From Acidobacteriota bacterium (GTDB lineage: Bacteria; Acidobacteriota; Vicinamibacteria; Fen-336), in assembly GCA_003222295.1 (NCBI GenBank), contig QHVP01000105.1, positions 1 through 37,632 of the forward strand: a stretch of DNA of 37,632 bases, in the 5' to 3' direction. The notes under the pieces are model-generated. The model ran no database searches and was not told the DNA's origin. It was given only the letters and a program-made list of their open reading frames with translations. Positions 25,141 through 37,415 of this stretch are shown here, piece by piece. How positions within the stretch are numbered: position 1 is the first letter of the stretch; the number at the start of each line of letters is the position of its first letter. The translations under genes were made by a program, and so were the position numbers.

Positions 25141-26304
25141 TCAGCGCAGCAGGAGGCCGAGGAGATCGAGAAGCCGGCCCCGCGGGCGCTCGCGCGCGGC
25201 CCCGCGGGCCACGACCTCGCGATAGAGGGAGTCGACGCGCTGAAGCTCGCGCGGCAGGAACCCGACTTCGCGCACGCGCTCGAGGCCGGTGCGAGCGAGG
25301 CGGTCGCGCAAGGCGGAGTCGGTCATCAGCCGGACCATCGTGGACGCGACGGCCCGCGGTTCGAGATCGGCGAGGAGCGCGCTCTCTCCGTCCGTGACGA
25401 TCTCCCGGTAGGCCGTCAGGCGCCCGAGCACGACGGGGGTGCCGCAGGCCATGGCCTCGAAGAGCGACTGCGGCAGGCCGTCGGAGGAGGGGAGGCTCGC
25501 CTCGATCTCCGCGAGCGAATGGAGGCCGGGCATGTCCCGCGTCGCGACCGCGCCCGCGAACTGCACGCGGTCGCCCAGACCGAGGGCGGCCACGGCCTGG
25601 CGGAGGCGCGCCGCGTATCCGGGGTCGGCGTTGTACTCGGTGATCACCAGCGCCGCGGACGGCACGTGTGCGACCACCTCCGGCATCGCTTCGACGAGAA
25701 GATGGACGTTGTAGAGGGGCTGCAGCGGCCGCGGGCTCAGGATCACGCGGTCGGCCGGGGAGAGGCGGAGGCGGCGGCGAAGGGCAGCCGCGGCCTCGAC
25801 GTCGCGGTGGAAGGTTGCGGGATCCACTCCCCACCTCACGACCTCGCACTTGCCGGCGAAGCCGCCCCAGGCCTCGAGCGCCGGCCGCAACGCTTCCGAC
25901 TTCACCAGGAGCAGGTCGGCGGCGGCCAGGATGCGGCGCGTGGCGCGCCGCTCCAGCCGGGACAGTCCGCCCGCGTGCTGTTCGGGCAAGACGTCTCCCC
26001 CCATCACCGTCACCACCAACGGACGGACGCCACTGAGGGCGGCCATCGTGCCGAGCTTGCCACCGGCATAGTGCAGGTGAAGAAGCGCGGGCCCGAAGCT
26101 CCGCAGGTCGGTCAGGAAGCCGCGGGCGGCACGGGCCGCGGCCAGCGGCCCCCGTGGCAGCGCGCGGGTACGGACCTCGACGCCGGGGGCGGGCAGGACG
26201 TCTCCCACGGTCACGAAGCGCACCTCGTGACCGAGACCGGCCACCGCCACGCTCCGCGCGATCGCATGGACGGAGCGGCCGGACCCGACCACGGCGATCC
26301 TCAT
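25141..26304 (-). CDS. Glycosyltransferase family 1 (GT4-type)
   Basis: Start at MRIAVVGSG (ATG 26304, ATGA overlap with the upstream stop). The C-terminal half has LPSSDGLPQSLFEAMACGTPVV. The tracked ORF's N-terminal 210 aa are Arg/Pro-rich overlap and were trimmed. Confidence 0.85.
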   Translation of the reverse strand: MRIAVVGSGRSVHAIARSVAVAGLGHEVRFVTVGDVLPAPGVEVRTRALPRGPLAAARAARGFLTDLRSFGPALLHLHYAGGKLGTMAALSGVRPLVVTVMGGDVLPEQHAGGLSRLERRATRRILAAADLLLVKSEALRPALEAWGGFAGKCEVVRWGVDPATFHRDVEAAAALRRRLRLSPADRVILSPRPLQPLYNVHLLVEAMPEVVAHVPSAALVITEYNADPGYAARLRQAVAALGLGDRVQFAGAVATRDMPGLHSLAEIEASLPSSDGLPQSLFEAMACGTPVVLGRLTAYREIVTDGESALLADLEPRAVASTMVRLMTDSALRDRLARTGLERVREVGFLPRELQRVDSLYREVVARGAARERPRGRLLDLLGLLLR

Positions 26305-27134
26305 CGCCGGCGGTAGCGCTCGAACCAGAAGGGCGGCGCAGCCGCGGCGAGGAAGGGCCGGGCCGAGCAGTCGTCCCGGCCGGCGCGGAGGAACAGGTCG
26401 GCATGCGGGATCGTCGCGGAGACGTCGGTGAACCCGAGCTCGGCCAGCCATCTTTCGACCTCGGCCTGGGTGCAGCGATCGTTCACGAGCGGAGACAGCA
26501 GGTCGAACGCCTGATGGGTGTCGCGACGGGGGAAGAGCCGTGCCAGCAGCGTACGCTTGGCGCGGAAGCTCAAGCCCGCGAGACCGCCGCGGACAAGGGC
26601 GAGCGCCGCCCGCTGCCACGAGGTGAGCGCGTCCGCCCCGTAGAGGTAGACGAAGAGGAGCCCGTCCGGCCGGGTCAGGCCGGCGACGTTGGCCAGGGCG
26701 CCTCGCGTGTCGCCGGTGTGGTGGAGGACTCCGAAAGAGAAGACGAGGTCGAATCGCTGCGACGCGAGGAACTCGTCGAGAGCGAGCAAGTCGAGCTGTC
26801 GCAGGACCAGGCGACCGGCCGCCACCGCGTCCGGTACCAGGCGTTCCATCTGCGCCCGGGTGGAGTCGAGCGCGCAGGCGGAGAAATCGACGGCGGTGAC
26901 GCGAGCGCCCAGGCGGAGGAGGGCAAGTGTCCAACGGCCGCCGCCACAGCCGGCATCGAGCGCGTGGCGGCCGGCGAACCAGGCCGGAGATACGCCGAGC
27001 AGCTCGCGGGCGAGGATCCGGTCGGCATTGGCGACGAACCAGCCGTCGGAGAGCATGGCGTCACCGGCCGGGATCTCGCCCCATTGGTAGTCGAAGCTGG
27101 CCAGCGTCTGCCGGCGCCGCCGTTCATGCAACAC
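26301..27134 (-). CDS. Class I SAM-dependent methyltransferase
   Basis: Motifs seen: FDYQWG, motif I ALDAGCGGGRWT, FDLVFSFGVLHHTGD. I chose the in-frame GTG 27134 (or TTG 27131) as the start; it overlaps the end of the upstream asnB-like gene. Confidence 0.75.
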   Translation of the reverse strand: MLHERRRRQTLASFDYQWGEIPAGDAMLSDGWFVANADRILARELLGVSPAWFAGRHALDAGCGGGRWTLALLRLGARVTAVDFSACALDSTRAQMERLVPDAVAAGRLVLRQLDLLALDEFLASQRFDLVFSFGVLHHTGDTRGALANVAGLTRPDGLLFVYLYGADALTSWQRAALALVRGGLAGLSFRAKRTLLARLFPRRDTHQAFDLLSPLVNDRCTQAEVERWLAELGFTDVSATIPHADLFLRAGRDDCSARPFLAAAAPPFWFERYRRR

Positions 27135-29073
27135 GGGGCGACTCGAGGCCGCGCAGCCACAGCTCGGCGGACACGAGCCGCCACAGCCCGGGGCGGCGCG
27201 ACAACTCGGTGTCCGATCCCGCGAGCCAGGACCGCAACGCGTCACCGTCGAGCCGATCCCGGAGGCGAGAGGCGGAACCGAGCCAGGCCCGAACCTCGGG
27301 CGCAATCTCGCGCAGCCAGCGCCGCTCCGGAGTAGCGAACCCGAGCTTGTCGCGGCGGCAACGGACGCTGTCCGGCACGATCCCTTTCATCGCCTCCCGA
27401 AGAACCGCCTTGGTCCACCCGTCGTGGATCAGCTCCGAGTCCGGCAAGGCGGCCGCGCGCTCCACCAGCCGGTAATCGAGGAAGGGTGTCCGCGCCTCGA
27501 CCGAGAACGCCATCGAATTGCGATCCTCGTAGCGCAGCAGCGGGGGCAGGCTGGTGGACCCGAGCCCCGCGCGCAGCTCGCAGCGCAAATCCGTGCGCGG
27601 CTGATGCCGCTCGCTGGACGCGCGGCCGTGGGCGCGAAGCTCGCGCGTCATGAGCTCGGGCGGCACCCGTCCCTGGGACGCCTGGGCGCGCACGGCGAGC
27701 GCTCGCACGGCCGCCGGCAGGGGCACCGAATGGTACGCGAGCAGGCCGAGGAAGAAGCTCCACGGCCGCCCCGTGGCCCGACGCGCGCGCGCCGCCTCGC
27801 GCAGCGCCGCCGCCACCCCGCGGCGCGCGGCCACCCCGGCCAGGTAGGGACCGTAATGGTAGTGGTAGCCGGCCAGCACTTCATCCGCCCCCTGGCCGTC
27901 GAGCAGCACCGGCACCCGCGCCTCGCGCGCGAGCGCCATCACCCTCCATTGTGAATACACGCTCGCGGAGGGGAACGGCTCATCCTGGTGGCGGACGAGC
28001 GCAGGCAGATCGCGCAGGAGGTCGGCCGAGGTCGGCGTCGAACGTCCTGGTTCCACCCCCGTGGCGGAGACCACCGTATCGATGTGCACGGACTCGTCGA
28101 GCCCCGGATCGGCATAGACGATGCTGAAACTGCGCCGGCCACGATTGCCCTCCCGGAGGCGCGCGCTGAGGGCCACGATGGACGACGAGTCGAGCCCACC
28201 ACTCAGGCAGGTTCCGACGTCGACGTCGCTGCGAAGGCGGAGCCGGACGGAATCGGCCAGGAGGTCGCCGATCTCGCGAGCGGCCTCGGGCCGCTCCGGG
28301 ACGTCGGGCAGGGTGTACCAGCGGTGGATCTCCAACGATCGTGAAGGCAGGTCGAGAGTGAGGTGATGCCCGGCGGCGAGGGTGTGGATGCCGCCGTAGA
28401 AGGTCTCCGCGTCCTCGTGGAGGGCGCCCGCGACGAGGAAGGCATGGAGCGCGCTCTCGCGCGGGCGCCGAGGCACGGCGGGATGCGCCAAGAGGCCCTT
28501 GATCTCCGAAGCAAACGCGAAAAGGCCTCCCGCCGCGTGATAGTGGAGAGGCTTCACCCCGAACCGGTCCCTCGCGCAGAAGAGCACGTTACGCTTGCCG
28601 TCGTACAGGGCGAAGGCCCACATGCCATTGAACCGCGGCAGGCATTCCGGCCCCCACTCCTGCCAGGCGGCGAGGATCACCTCGGTGTCCGTCGCGCTGG
28701 CGAACGAGTGGCCAAGGCCCTTCAGCTCTTCGCGCAGCTCGAGGTAGTTGTAGATCTCCCCGTTGTAGGTGATCCAGCGGTGCCCGTCCGCGGACGGCAT
28801 GGGGCCATGGCCGGCGGAGCTGAGGTCGAGGATCGCCAGGCGGCGATGGCCCAGGCCGAGGTCGGCCCCGGCGGGCAGTTCGGCAGGAAACGGGGGATAC
28901 CGGAGTCCGTCGACCGTGTCCCGTCCACGGTGCGCTCTCGCGCGACGCGACCCGCTCTCCACGATCACGTAGCCTTCGTCATCGGGCCCGCGATGGCGCA
29001 GCGCGGCGAGCATCGCGGGAAGCGGCCGCAAGAGGGCGGCCGACGGCGCGACCACGCCCGCGATGCCGCACAT
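27124..29073 (-). CDS. Asparagine synthase (glutamine-hydrolysing) family amidotransferase, AsnB-like paralog 2
   Basis: Motifs seen: MCGIAG, HRGPDD, YNGEIYNY, CLSGGLDSSS. Length is 649 aa. A GGGAG lies upstream of the start. Confidence 0.9.
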   Translation of the reverse strand: MCGIAGVVAPSAALLRPLPAMLAALRHRGPDDEGYVIVESGSRRARAHRGRDTVDGLRYPPFPAELPAGADLGLGHRRLAILDLSSAGHGPMPSADGHRWITYNGEIYNYLELREELKGLGHSFASATDTEVILAAWQEWGPECLPRFNGMWAFALYDGKRNVLFCARDRFGVKPLHYHAAGGLFAFASEIKGLLAHPAVPRRPRESALHAFLVAGALHEDAETFYGGIHTLAAGHHLTLDLPSRSLEIHRWYTLPDVPERPEAAREIGDLLADSVRLRLRSDVDVGTCLSGGLDSSSIVALSARLREGNRGRRSFSIVYADPGLDESVHIDTVVSATGVEPGRSTPTSADLLRDLPALVRHQDEPFPSASVYSQWRVMALAREARVPVLLDGQGADEVLAGYHYHYGPYLAGVAARRGVAAALREAARARRATGRPWSFFLGLLAYHSVPLPAAVRALAVRAQASQGRVPPELMTRELRAHGRASSERHQPRTDLRCELRAGLGSTSLPPLLRYEDRNSMAFSVEARTPFLDYRLVERAAALPDSELIHDGWTKAVLREAMKGIVPDSVRCRRDKLGFATPERRWLREIAPEVRAWLGSASRLRDRLDGDALRSWLAGSDTELSRRPGLWRLVSAELWLRGLESPRVA

Positions 29074-29092
29074 CAGCCGACTCCCGGCGAAG

Positions 29093-30229
29093 TTAGGCCC
29101 GCGCCACTCCCGCGTGGTCGAACGTGCGCACCACTCCCGCGATGCGCTCGGCCTCGGCCAGCGGGAGTTCCGGATAGAGCGGGATGCACAGGACCTCCTG
29201 CGAAAGGCGCTCCGAGACCGGCAACGCGCCGGGGCCGACGCCGGCCGGCGCCATCGCCGGCTGCAGGTGGATGGGACGGGGATAGTGCACGGCCGTCGCG
29301 ATGCCCTCCGCCTTGAGGTGCGCCTGGAGCGCGTCGCGCTCGCGCGAGCGGATGGTGTAGAGGTGCCAGGCGGAGAGGGCGCCCGCGCGCTCCCGGGGCA
29401 GGACGAGCCCGGGCACGCCGGAGAGGGCCTTCGTATAGGCCTGGGCGATCGCGCGACGCTCCCCGTTCCACTCGTCGAGATGATGCAGCTTCACACGCAG
29501 AACCGCCGCTTGCAGAGTGTCGAGCCGGCTGTTGGTCCCGAGGACGACGTTGTCGTACTTGTTGGCGCCCCCGCCGTGGTTGGCGATCTGCCGCACGCGA
29601 GCGATGAACTCGCGGTCGTTGGAGACGACCATGCCGGCGTCGCCGTAGGCTCCGAGATTCTTGCCCGGATAGAAGCTGAAGCACGCGGCGTGCCCAAGGG
29701 TGCCGGTCCGCCGGCCGCCGAGCTGGGCCCCGTGGGCCTGCGCGGCGTCTTCGAGCACCGGAATCCCGTGGCGATCGGCGATGGCCGCGATCGCGTCCAT
29801 GTCCGCGGGATGTCCATAGAGGTGCACGGGAATGATCACCTTGGTACGGGCGGTGATCGCCTTCTCCAGCCGCGCCGGATCGAGGGTGAACGTCGCTTCG
29901 TCCACGTCCACGAAGACGGGGCGGGCGCCGTTCAAGAGGATGGCCTCGCCGGTGGCGATGAACGTGTTGGCGACGGTGATCACCTCGTCGCCGGGGCCCA
30001 CACCATAGGCCCTCAAAGCGAGAATGAGGGCATCCGTCCCGTTGGCCACTCCGCAGGCGGCCGCCGCCCCGCAATAGGCCGCGAACTCCTTGTCGAGGAG
30101 CGCGCACTCCTCTCCCTTGATGAAGGCCGTGCTCTCCAGGACGCGCGCGATGGCGGCGTCGACGTCGACGCGGATGCGTGCGTATTGCGCCTTGAGGTCC
30201 ACCATGGGAATCGAACGCGACTCGGGCAT
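29093..30229 (-). CDS. DegT/DnrJ/EryC1/StrS-family PLP-dependent sugar aminotransferase
   Basis: It has VANGTDAL, LEDAAQAHG, and FSFYPGKNLGAYGDAG, which contains the PLP-binding Lys. Length is 378 aa. Confidence 0.9.
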   Translation of the reverse strand: MPESRSIPMVDLKAQYARIRVDVDAAIARVLESTAFIKGEECALLDKEFAAYCGAAAACGVANGTDALILALRAYGVGPGDEVITVANTFIATGEAILLNGARPVFVDVDEATFTLDPARLEKAITARTKVIIPVHLYGHPADMDAIAAIADRHGIPVLEDAAQAHGAQLGGRRTGTLGHAACFSFYPGKNLGAYGDAGMVVSNDREFIARVRQIANHGGGANKYDNVVLGTNSRLDTLQAAVLRVKLHHLDEWNGERRAIAQAYTKALSGVPGLVLPRERAGALSAWHLYTIRSRERDALQAHLKAEGIATAVHYPRPIHLQPAMAPAGVGPGALPVSERLSQEVLCIPLYPELPLAEAERIAGVVRTFDHAGVARA

Positions 30230-30319
30230 GTCCTGGGCTGCCTTTCCGGATAATGGCGGGCGAGAGACACGGCCTACGCGCCGCGACGAAGCCCGGGATA
30301 TTATCGCCCTTCCACGCCA

Positions 30320-31542
30320 TTGGCAACACTCGAGATCCCGGGACGTCCCCTCTCCGCGCGCGTGTGCATGTTCGTCGTCAATGGGGTGACCGTCGACGCG
30401 CGCGTGAGGCGGGAGGCGGCCAGCCTCGCCGGCGCCGGCGCGGAGGTGGTGGTCCTCGGCCTGCGCGAGCGGTCACAGCCTTCGGAGGAAACGCTCGAAG
30501 GCTTCACCGTCCTGCGCCTGCGCCGCGATCCATTCCGACGGGGGCTGGAGCGCGATCGCGGGGCCGGGGTGGTGCGCCGGCTCCTCGCCCCCGCCTCCCA
30601 GGGGTTGGCGGTGCTCGACTATTCGATCCGCGCGCTCGCGCGCGGCTGGCGCCTGGACGCGGACGTGTACCACGCGCACGACCTCGTGACCCTTCCCGTG
30701 GCGTGGGCCGCCGGCCGCCTGCGCGGGGCGCACGTCGTCTACGACGCGCACGAGCTGTTTACCGAAATCGGCCGGCTCAGTCCCTGGGCCCGCCGGCCCC
30801 TGCGGTGGCTGGAGGCATTCCTCATTCGCCGCGCCGACCGCGTCATCACCGTCAACGAGTCGATCGCGGGCGAGCTCTCGCGCCGGTACGGCGTGGCCGC
30901 TCCGCTCGTGCTGCTGAACTGCCCACGCACGGCGGGGCGAGCGTTGCGTGACGGCAGCGGACGGTTGCGGGCGCGCCTGGGCGTGGCTGCGGGCGTCCCC
31001 CTCGCCCTCTACCAGGGGATGTTCATGCCCCATCGCGGCCTGGAGAACCTCGTCCGCGCCGCGCGCGAACTGAGGCGCGCCCACGTCGCCTTCATGGGAT
31101 GGGGTCCGCTTCTCGACACGCTCCGCGCGCTGGCCGTGGTCGAAGGCGTCGGCGACCGCGTTCACTTCATGGAGGGTGTGCCGCTGAGCGATCTGCTGGA
31201 GTACACGTCGGGGGCGGACGTCGGGCTCATCCCCTATCGGAACGTCGGCCTCAACAACTACTACACGAGCCCGAACAAGCTCTTCGAGTACTGCGTCGCC
31301 GGGGTGCCGGTGGCGGCGAGCCGGTTGCCGGAGCTGGTCAAGGTCGTGGAAGGGCGCGGCATCGGCGTGACTTTCGATCCGGAGCGGCCGGCGGACATCG
31401 CGGCCGCGGTGAACGGGCTGCTGGAGGATCCGGCGCGGCTGGCCGAGGTGCGCGCCAACGTGGCACGGGCCGCCCCCGCGTTCACCTGGGAGCAGCAGGC
31501 GCCGCGCCTCCTGGATCTCTACGCGTCGCTGGAGGGCGTGAG

Positions 31543-31546
<4 letters not shown>
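30320..31546 (+). CDS. Glycosyltransferase family 1 (GT4-type)
   Basis: The N-terminal half has MFVVNGVTVDARVRREAASLAGAGAEVVV. The C-terminal half has IPYRNVGLNNYYTSPNKLFEYCVAGVPV. The start is ambiguous: TTG 30320, GTG 30362 or ATG 30368. Confidence 0.8.
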
Positions 31547-34344
<2,798 letters not shown>

Positions 34345-34399
34345 CTAGCGTCCGTACCGGCGAGAGGTCAAACGAGGCGCGGCCGGGGAGTTCGCAGCC

Positions 34400-35053
34400 T
34401 CAGCGCCGGGGCGGGCCGAGGATCGTGTCGAGGGCCGCCGAGAGGGTGGCCTCCTGCACGTCCGGAAGCGCCGCCGCCAGCGCATCGCGGTTCGGGAATC
34501 CGCCGGGGATCCCGACCGCAAGCACCCCCGCCGCCTGCGCCATCTGCACGTCCTCGGGACTGTCGCCGACGTACGCGGCCGCGGCGGCTCCCACGCCGAG
34601 CTTGTCCAGGGCGAGGAGCAGCGCTTCCGGATGAGGCTTGCGGTAGACGATGTCCTCTGCGCACACCACCACATCGAACAGCTCGGCCACCCCGAGGCTG
34701 GTCAGCTCGCGGGCGACGCGCACGCGGTCGCCGCTGGTCACGATCCCCGCCCTCAGGCGCGCGCGGCGCACGCGCCGGAGCGCGTCCCGCGCGCCTTCGA
34801 TCAGGACGACCTCCTCCTCGCAGTAATGCTCGAGCCAGCGCGCATCCGCCTCCGCCCAGCGGTCCTCCGCCAGGCCCAACGCGGAGTAGGTGAGGTGCCA
34901 GTTCGGCGAGTACGTCCGCCGAAAGGCGTCACGGTCGAAAGCGATGCCGTACGAGCCGAACAGCTTCTCGTAGCACCGGAAGCTCGCCTCCGCCGTGTTG
35001 ACCAGGGTTCCGTCCCAGTCGAAGAGGACGGCTTGCAGGCGGTGGGCACGCAT
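34400..35053 (-). CDS. HAD-superfamily hydrolase (phosphoglycolate-phosphatase-like)
   Basis: Motif I is VLFDWDGTLV, motif II IVTSG, motif IV YVGDSPEDVQMA. ATG 35053 was chosen as the start, although the frame is open further upstream with no stop (see the next feature). Confidence 0.8.
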   Translation of the reverse strand: MRAHRLQAVLFDWDGTLVNTAEASFRCYEKLFGSYGIAFDRDAFRRTYSPNWHLTYSALGLAEDRWAEADARWLEHYCEEEVVLIEGARDALRRVRRARLRAGIVTSGDRVRVARELTSLGVAELFDVVVCAEDIVYRKPHPEALLLALDKLGVGAAAAAYVGDSPEDVQMAQAAGVLAVGIPGGFPNRDALAAALPDVQEATLSAALDTILGPPRR

Positions 35054-35290
35054 CAGCGACGCACGGCCATCCAGATGCCGCGTGAACGTCCAATCGCGCT
35101 CGAGGGCCAGGCCTACCGTGACCACGGCCACCCGCGCCACCGGAGTCAGCATGAGCAGGACGATGCCCCAGCGGAGCGGCCCGGGCATGCCCAGGATCAG
35201 ACCCACCAGCAGCAGCCCGGTGCTGAGCGCGAGCCCCAGCATCAGCGCCTTCTCGATGACGTCCTCGAGATACTCGACCCGGCCCGTCAC
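35054..35290 (-). CDS. DUF1634-like small membrane protein segment, in frame with the downstream HAD gene and with no stop between them
   Basis: GTG 35290 overlaps the TauE-like stop (GTGA). The translation has two hydrophobic helices and LTPVARVAVVTVGLALERDW, which resembles the DUF1634 signature usually found next to TauE/SafE genes. The expected last helix and the stop codon are absent. Confidence 0.45.
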
Positions 35291-36007
35291 AGTGCTTCCA
35301 GGGCCATGCGTCCGCCCACCACCAGCAGCACCGCGGCCATGAAGATCTTCAGCGCCCGCGTCTCCACGCGCTGGGCCAGCCGCGCGCCGGCGATGCTGCC
35401 CGGCAACGCACCCAGCGCCACCGCGGCCGCGATGGGGAGCACGACGTCGCCGCGCGCGAAGTAGACGAAGACGGACGCCGCCGCCGTCACGCCGATCATG
35501 AAGGCGCTGGTGGCCGCGGCCACACGGATGGGCACGCCGCAGAACATGTTCAGCACGGGCACCTTGATGATCCCTCCTCCCAGCCCGAGGAGGCCGGACA
35601 CCGCGCCCGCGCCGAGCGAGGCGCCGAGGGCGAGGGGAAGGTGGCGCACGCGGTAGACGTAGGCCGTGTCCCCTTCCTGGAGCCGTCCGCCCAGCGGCCC
35701 GGGATCGACGGACGTATCCGCGATCACGTTGCGGCGCGCCGCCGAGGCCCCCGACGCTGGTCGCCACTTCGAGGGCCATGGCCAGCCGCATATTGACGAG
35801 GCCGCGGTCGAGGTTGACGGTGGAGCTGGCCGTCGCCGTCGCGATCACGGAGATGAGGCTGGCCGCGACGGCGGCGCGGATGGGCACGCCGAAGGCGAGG
35901 GTCAACAGCGGGACCAGGAACCCGCCTCCGCCGATCCCCAGCATCGCGCCCACGAGACCGGCGGCCGCGCCCGTCAGCAGGTAGACGAGCACAGGGTGTG
36001 CGGGCAT
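35287..36007 (-). pseudogene. TauE/SafE (DUF81) family anion exporter, split between two frames near 35730-35750
   Basis: The N-terminal ~90 aa from ATG 36007 read MPAHPVLVYLLTGAAAGLVGAMLGIGGGGFLVPLL...MALEVATSVGGLGGA in one frame. The C-terminal half reads YRVRHLPLALGASLGAGAVSGLLGLGGGIIKVP...ALEAL* in another. One expected TM helix between the two halves seems to be missing. Confidence 0.65.
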
Positions 36008-36065
36008 TCGTCCAGATCGTACCTTCCGCGCGGGCCGCGCGCACCGTGGCGCGTAGAATCCGGCG

Positions 36066-37415
36066 GTGCTGGACGCGCTGCCGCTCGACGCGCGGGTCCT
36101 CGCGGCGGCGGCGGCGCTGATGGCCCTCCCCGGCGTCCTCGTCGTGCGCTCCCCGTGGCGCGCGCTGCCGCTCCTCTCGCTCGCGTTCTGGGTGGCGTCG
36201 TGGACATGGCCCCTTGGCGGATCGCGCACGCAGGTCCTTCACGTCTTGCTCATGGTGTTCGGCGCGCTGGCCCTGTTCCGCATCGTGCGGCCCGGGCCTT
36301 TGCCCCGGCTCGGCCGGGCCCAGATGCTCGTCGTAGTCGGCGCGATCCTCCTCGCCGTGCCCCAGGCGCGGCGGGTCGTTCCTCCGGGGACACGGCCGCC
36401 CGTCGATGCGCTCGCGGCCGAGCTCCTGGCCTGGCACGACGGATGGCCGGCCTCGTTCGAACCGCTGAGTCCGCGGCAGCCCTTCCAGGCGAGCGGCCTG
36501 GCCGCGATCGCGGCGGACGTCATCCTCCTCACCGGCGCGCCCGCCCACCGCGCCGTGTTCGCGGTGAAAGTGGCTGCCGACGCCCTTCTGCTGCTTGCCC
36601 TCTGGAGCCTGGCCGGCACGCGCGCCCCGGCCGGACGCGCAGCGGTCGTCGCGGCGGCGGCGCTGCTGCCTGCGGCCGCCGTGGCCGAGGCCTCCGGGGT
36701 GCTCGCCTCCGCCTTCGCGGTGGAGGCGGTGGCTCTGTTTCACGATCGCCGCGGACACCCGTCCGCGTTCACGGCAGGCGCCTGCGTTGCCGCGGCGATG
36801 ACGACGGACGTCACGACGGCACCCTGCGCCCTCCTCCTGGCCTCGCTGTTTGCGCGGATCGCTCCGGACCCCGTAGTGGACGCCGCCCCGGCCTCGCCCG
36901 TGCCCGGGCGCTTGCGCACGGCGGCGTGGACGGCGGCGATGCTGGCGCTCCCACTCGTGTGGCGCGTCCCTCCGGTCGAGGCGCCGGACGCGGCCTCGCT
37001 CGCGGCCGTCGGTCTCACGGGCCTGCTCGGCCTGGCCGCGCGGCGCCGATCCGTTGCCGAGTGGCGCGTGGTGGCGTCCGGCCTCCTCGTCATGGCCGCG
37101 GGAGGTGCCTTCCTCGGGCGGGCGGCGGACGACGTCGTCACCCGCGACGAAGAGGCGGCGATGACCTGGGTCCGCGATCATGCGCGCCCGCTCGATCTGG
37201 TCTGCGCGCCCGACGTGCCCGCGGCGAGCTGGATCCCCGCGATCGCGGGCCGGCGGGCGACGGTGCCGATGGGGCGGGGATGGCCCGTGCCCGCGGGGGA
37301 GTGCGCGGTCCGGATCTCGCTCTCGGGGCTGGCCCCACCGGGCGCAGCTCCAGTCGATGCGCCCGCGTTCCGCGCGGGCCAGGCCGTGGTGTGGACGGCT
37401 TCTCAGGGGCGCTGA
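36066..37415 (+). CDS. Hypothetical polytopic membrane protein
   Basis: 449 aa from a GTG start. The frame has high G/C third-position content and about 9-10 hydrophobic segments, followed by a ~90-aa soluble tail. The overlapping ORFs in other frames translate to Arg/Gly-rich junk. No family recognised. Confidence 0.5.
   Translation: MLDALPLDARVLAAAAALMALPGVLVVRSPWRALPLLSLAFWVASWTWPLGGSRTQVLHVLLMVFGALALFRIVRPGPLPRLGRAQMLVVVGAILLAVPQARRVVPPGTRPPVDALAAELLAWHDGWPASFEPLSPRQPFQASGLAAIAADVILLTGAPAHRAVFAVKVAADALLLLALWSLAGTRAPAGRAAVVAAAALLPAAAVAEASGVLASAFAVEAVALFHDRRGHPSAFTAGACVAAAMTTDVTTAPCALLLASLFARIAPDPVVDAAPASPVPGRLRTAAWTAAMLALPLVWRVPPVEAPDAASLAAVGLTGLLGLAARRRSVAEWRVVASGLLVMAAGGAFLGRAADDVVTRDEEAAMTWVRDHARPLDLVCAPDVPAASWIPAIAGRRATVPMGRGWPVPAGECAVRISLSGLAPPGAAPVDAPAFRAGQAVVWTASQGR

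Noticed and set aside
27125-27127. ATG overlapping the asnB-like stop (ATGA) as the start of the 26301 methyltransferase, which would imply another frameshift
   Set aside because: That ATG is out of frame with the methyltransferase body. In-frame GTG 27134 and TTG 27131 lie just upstream and give an intact protein, so no lesion needs to be invoked.
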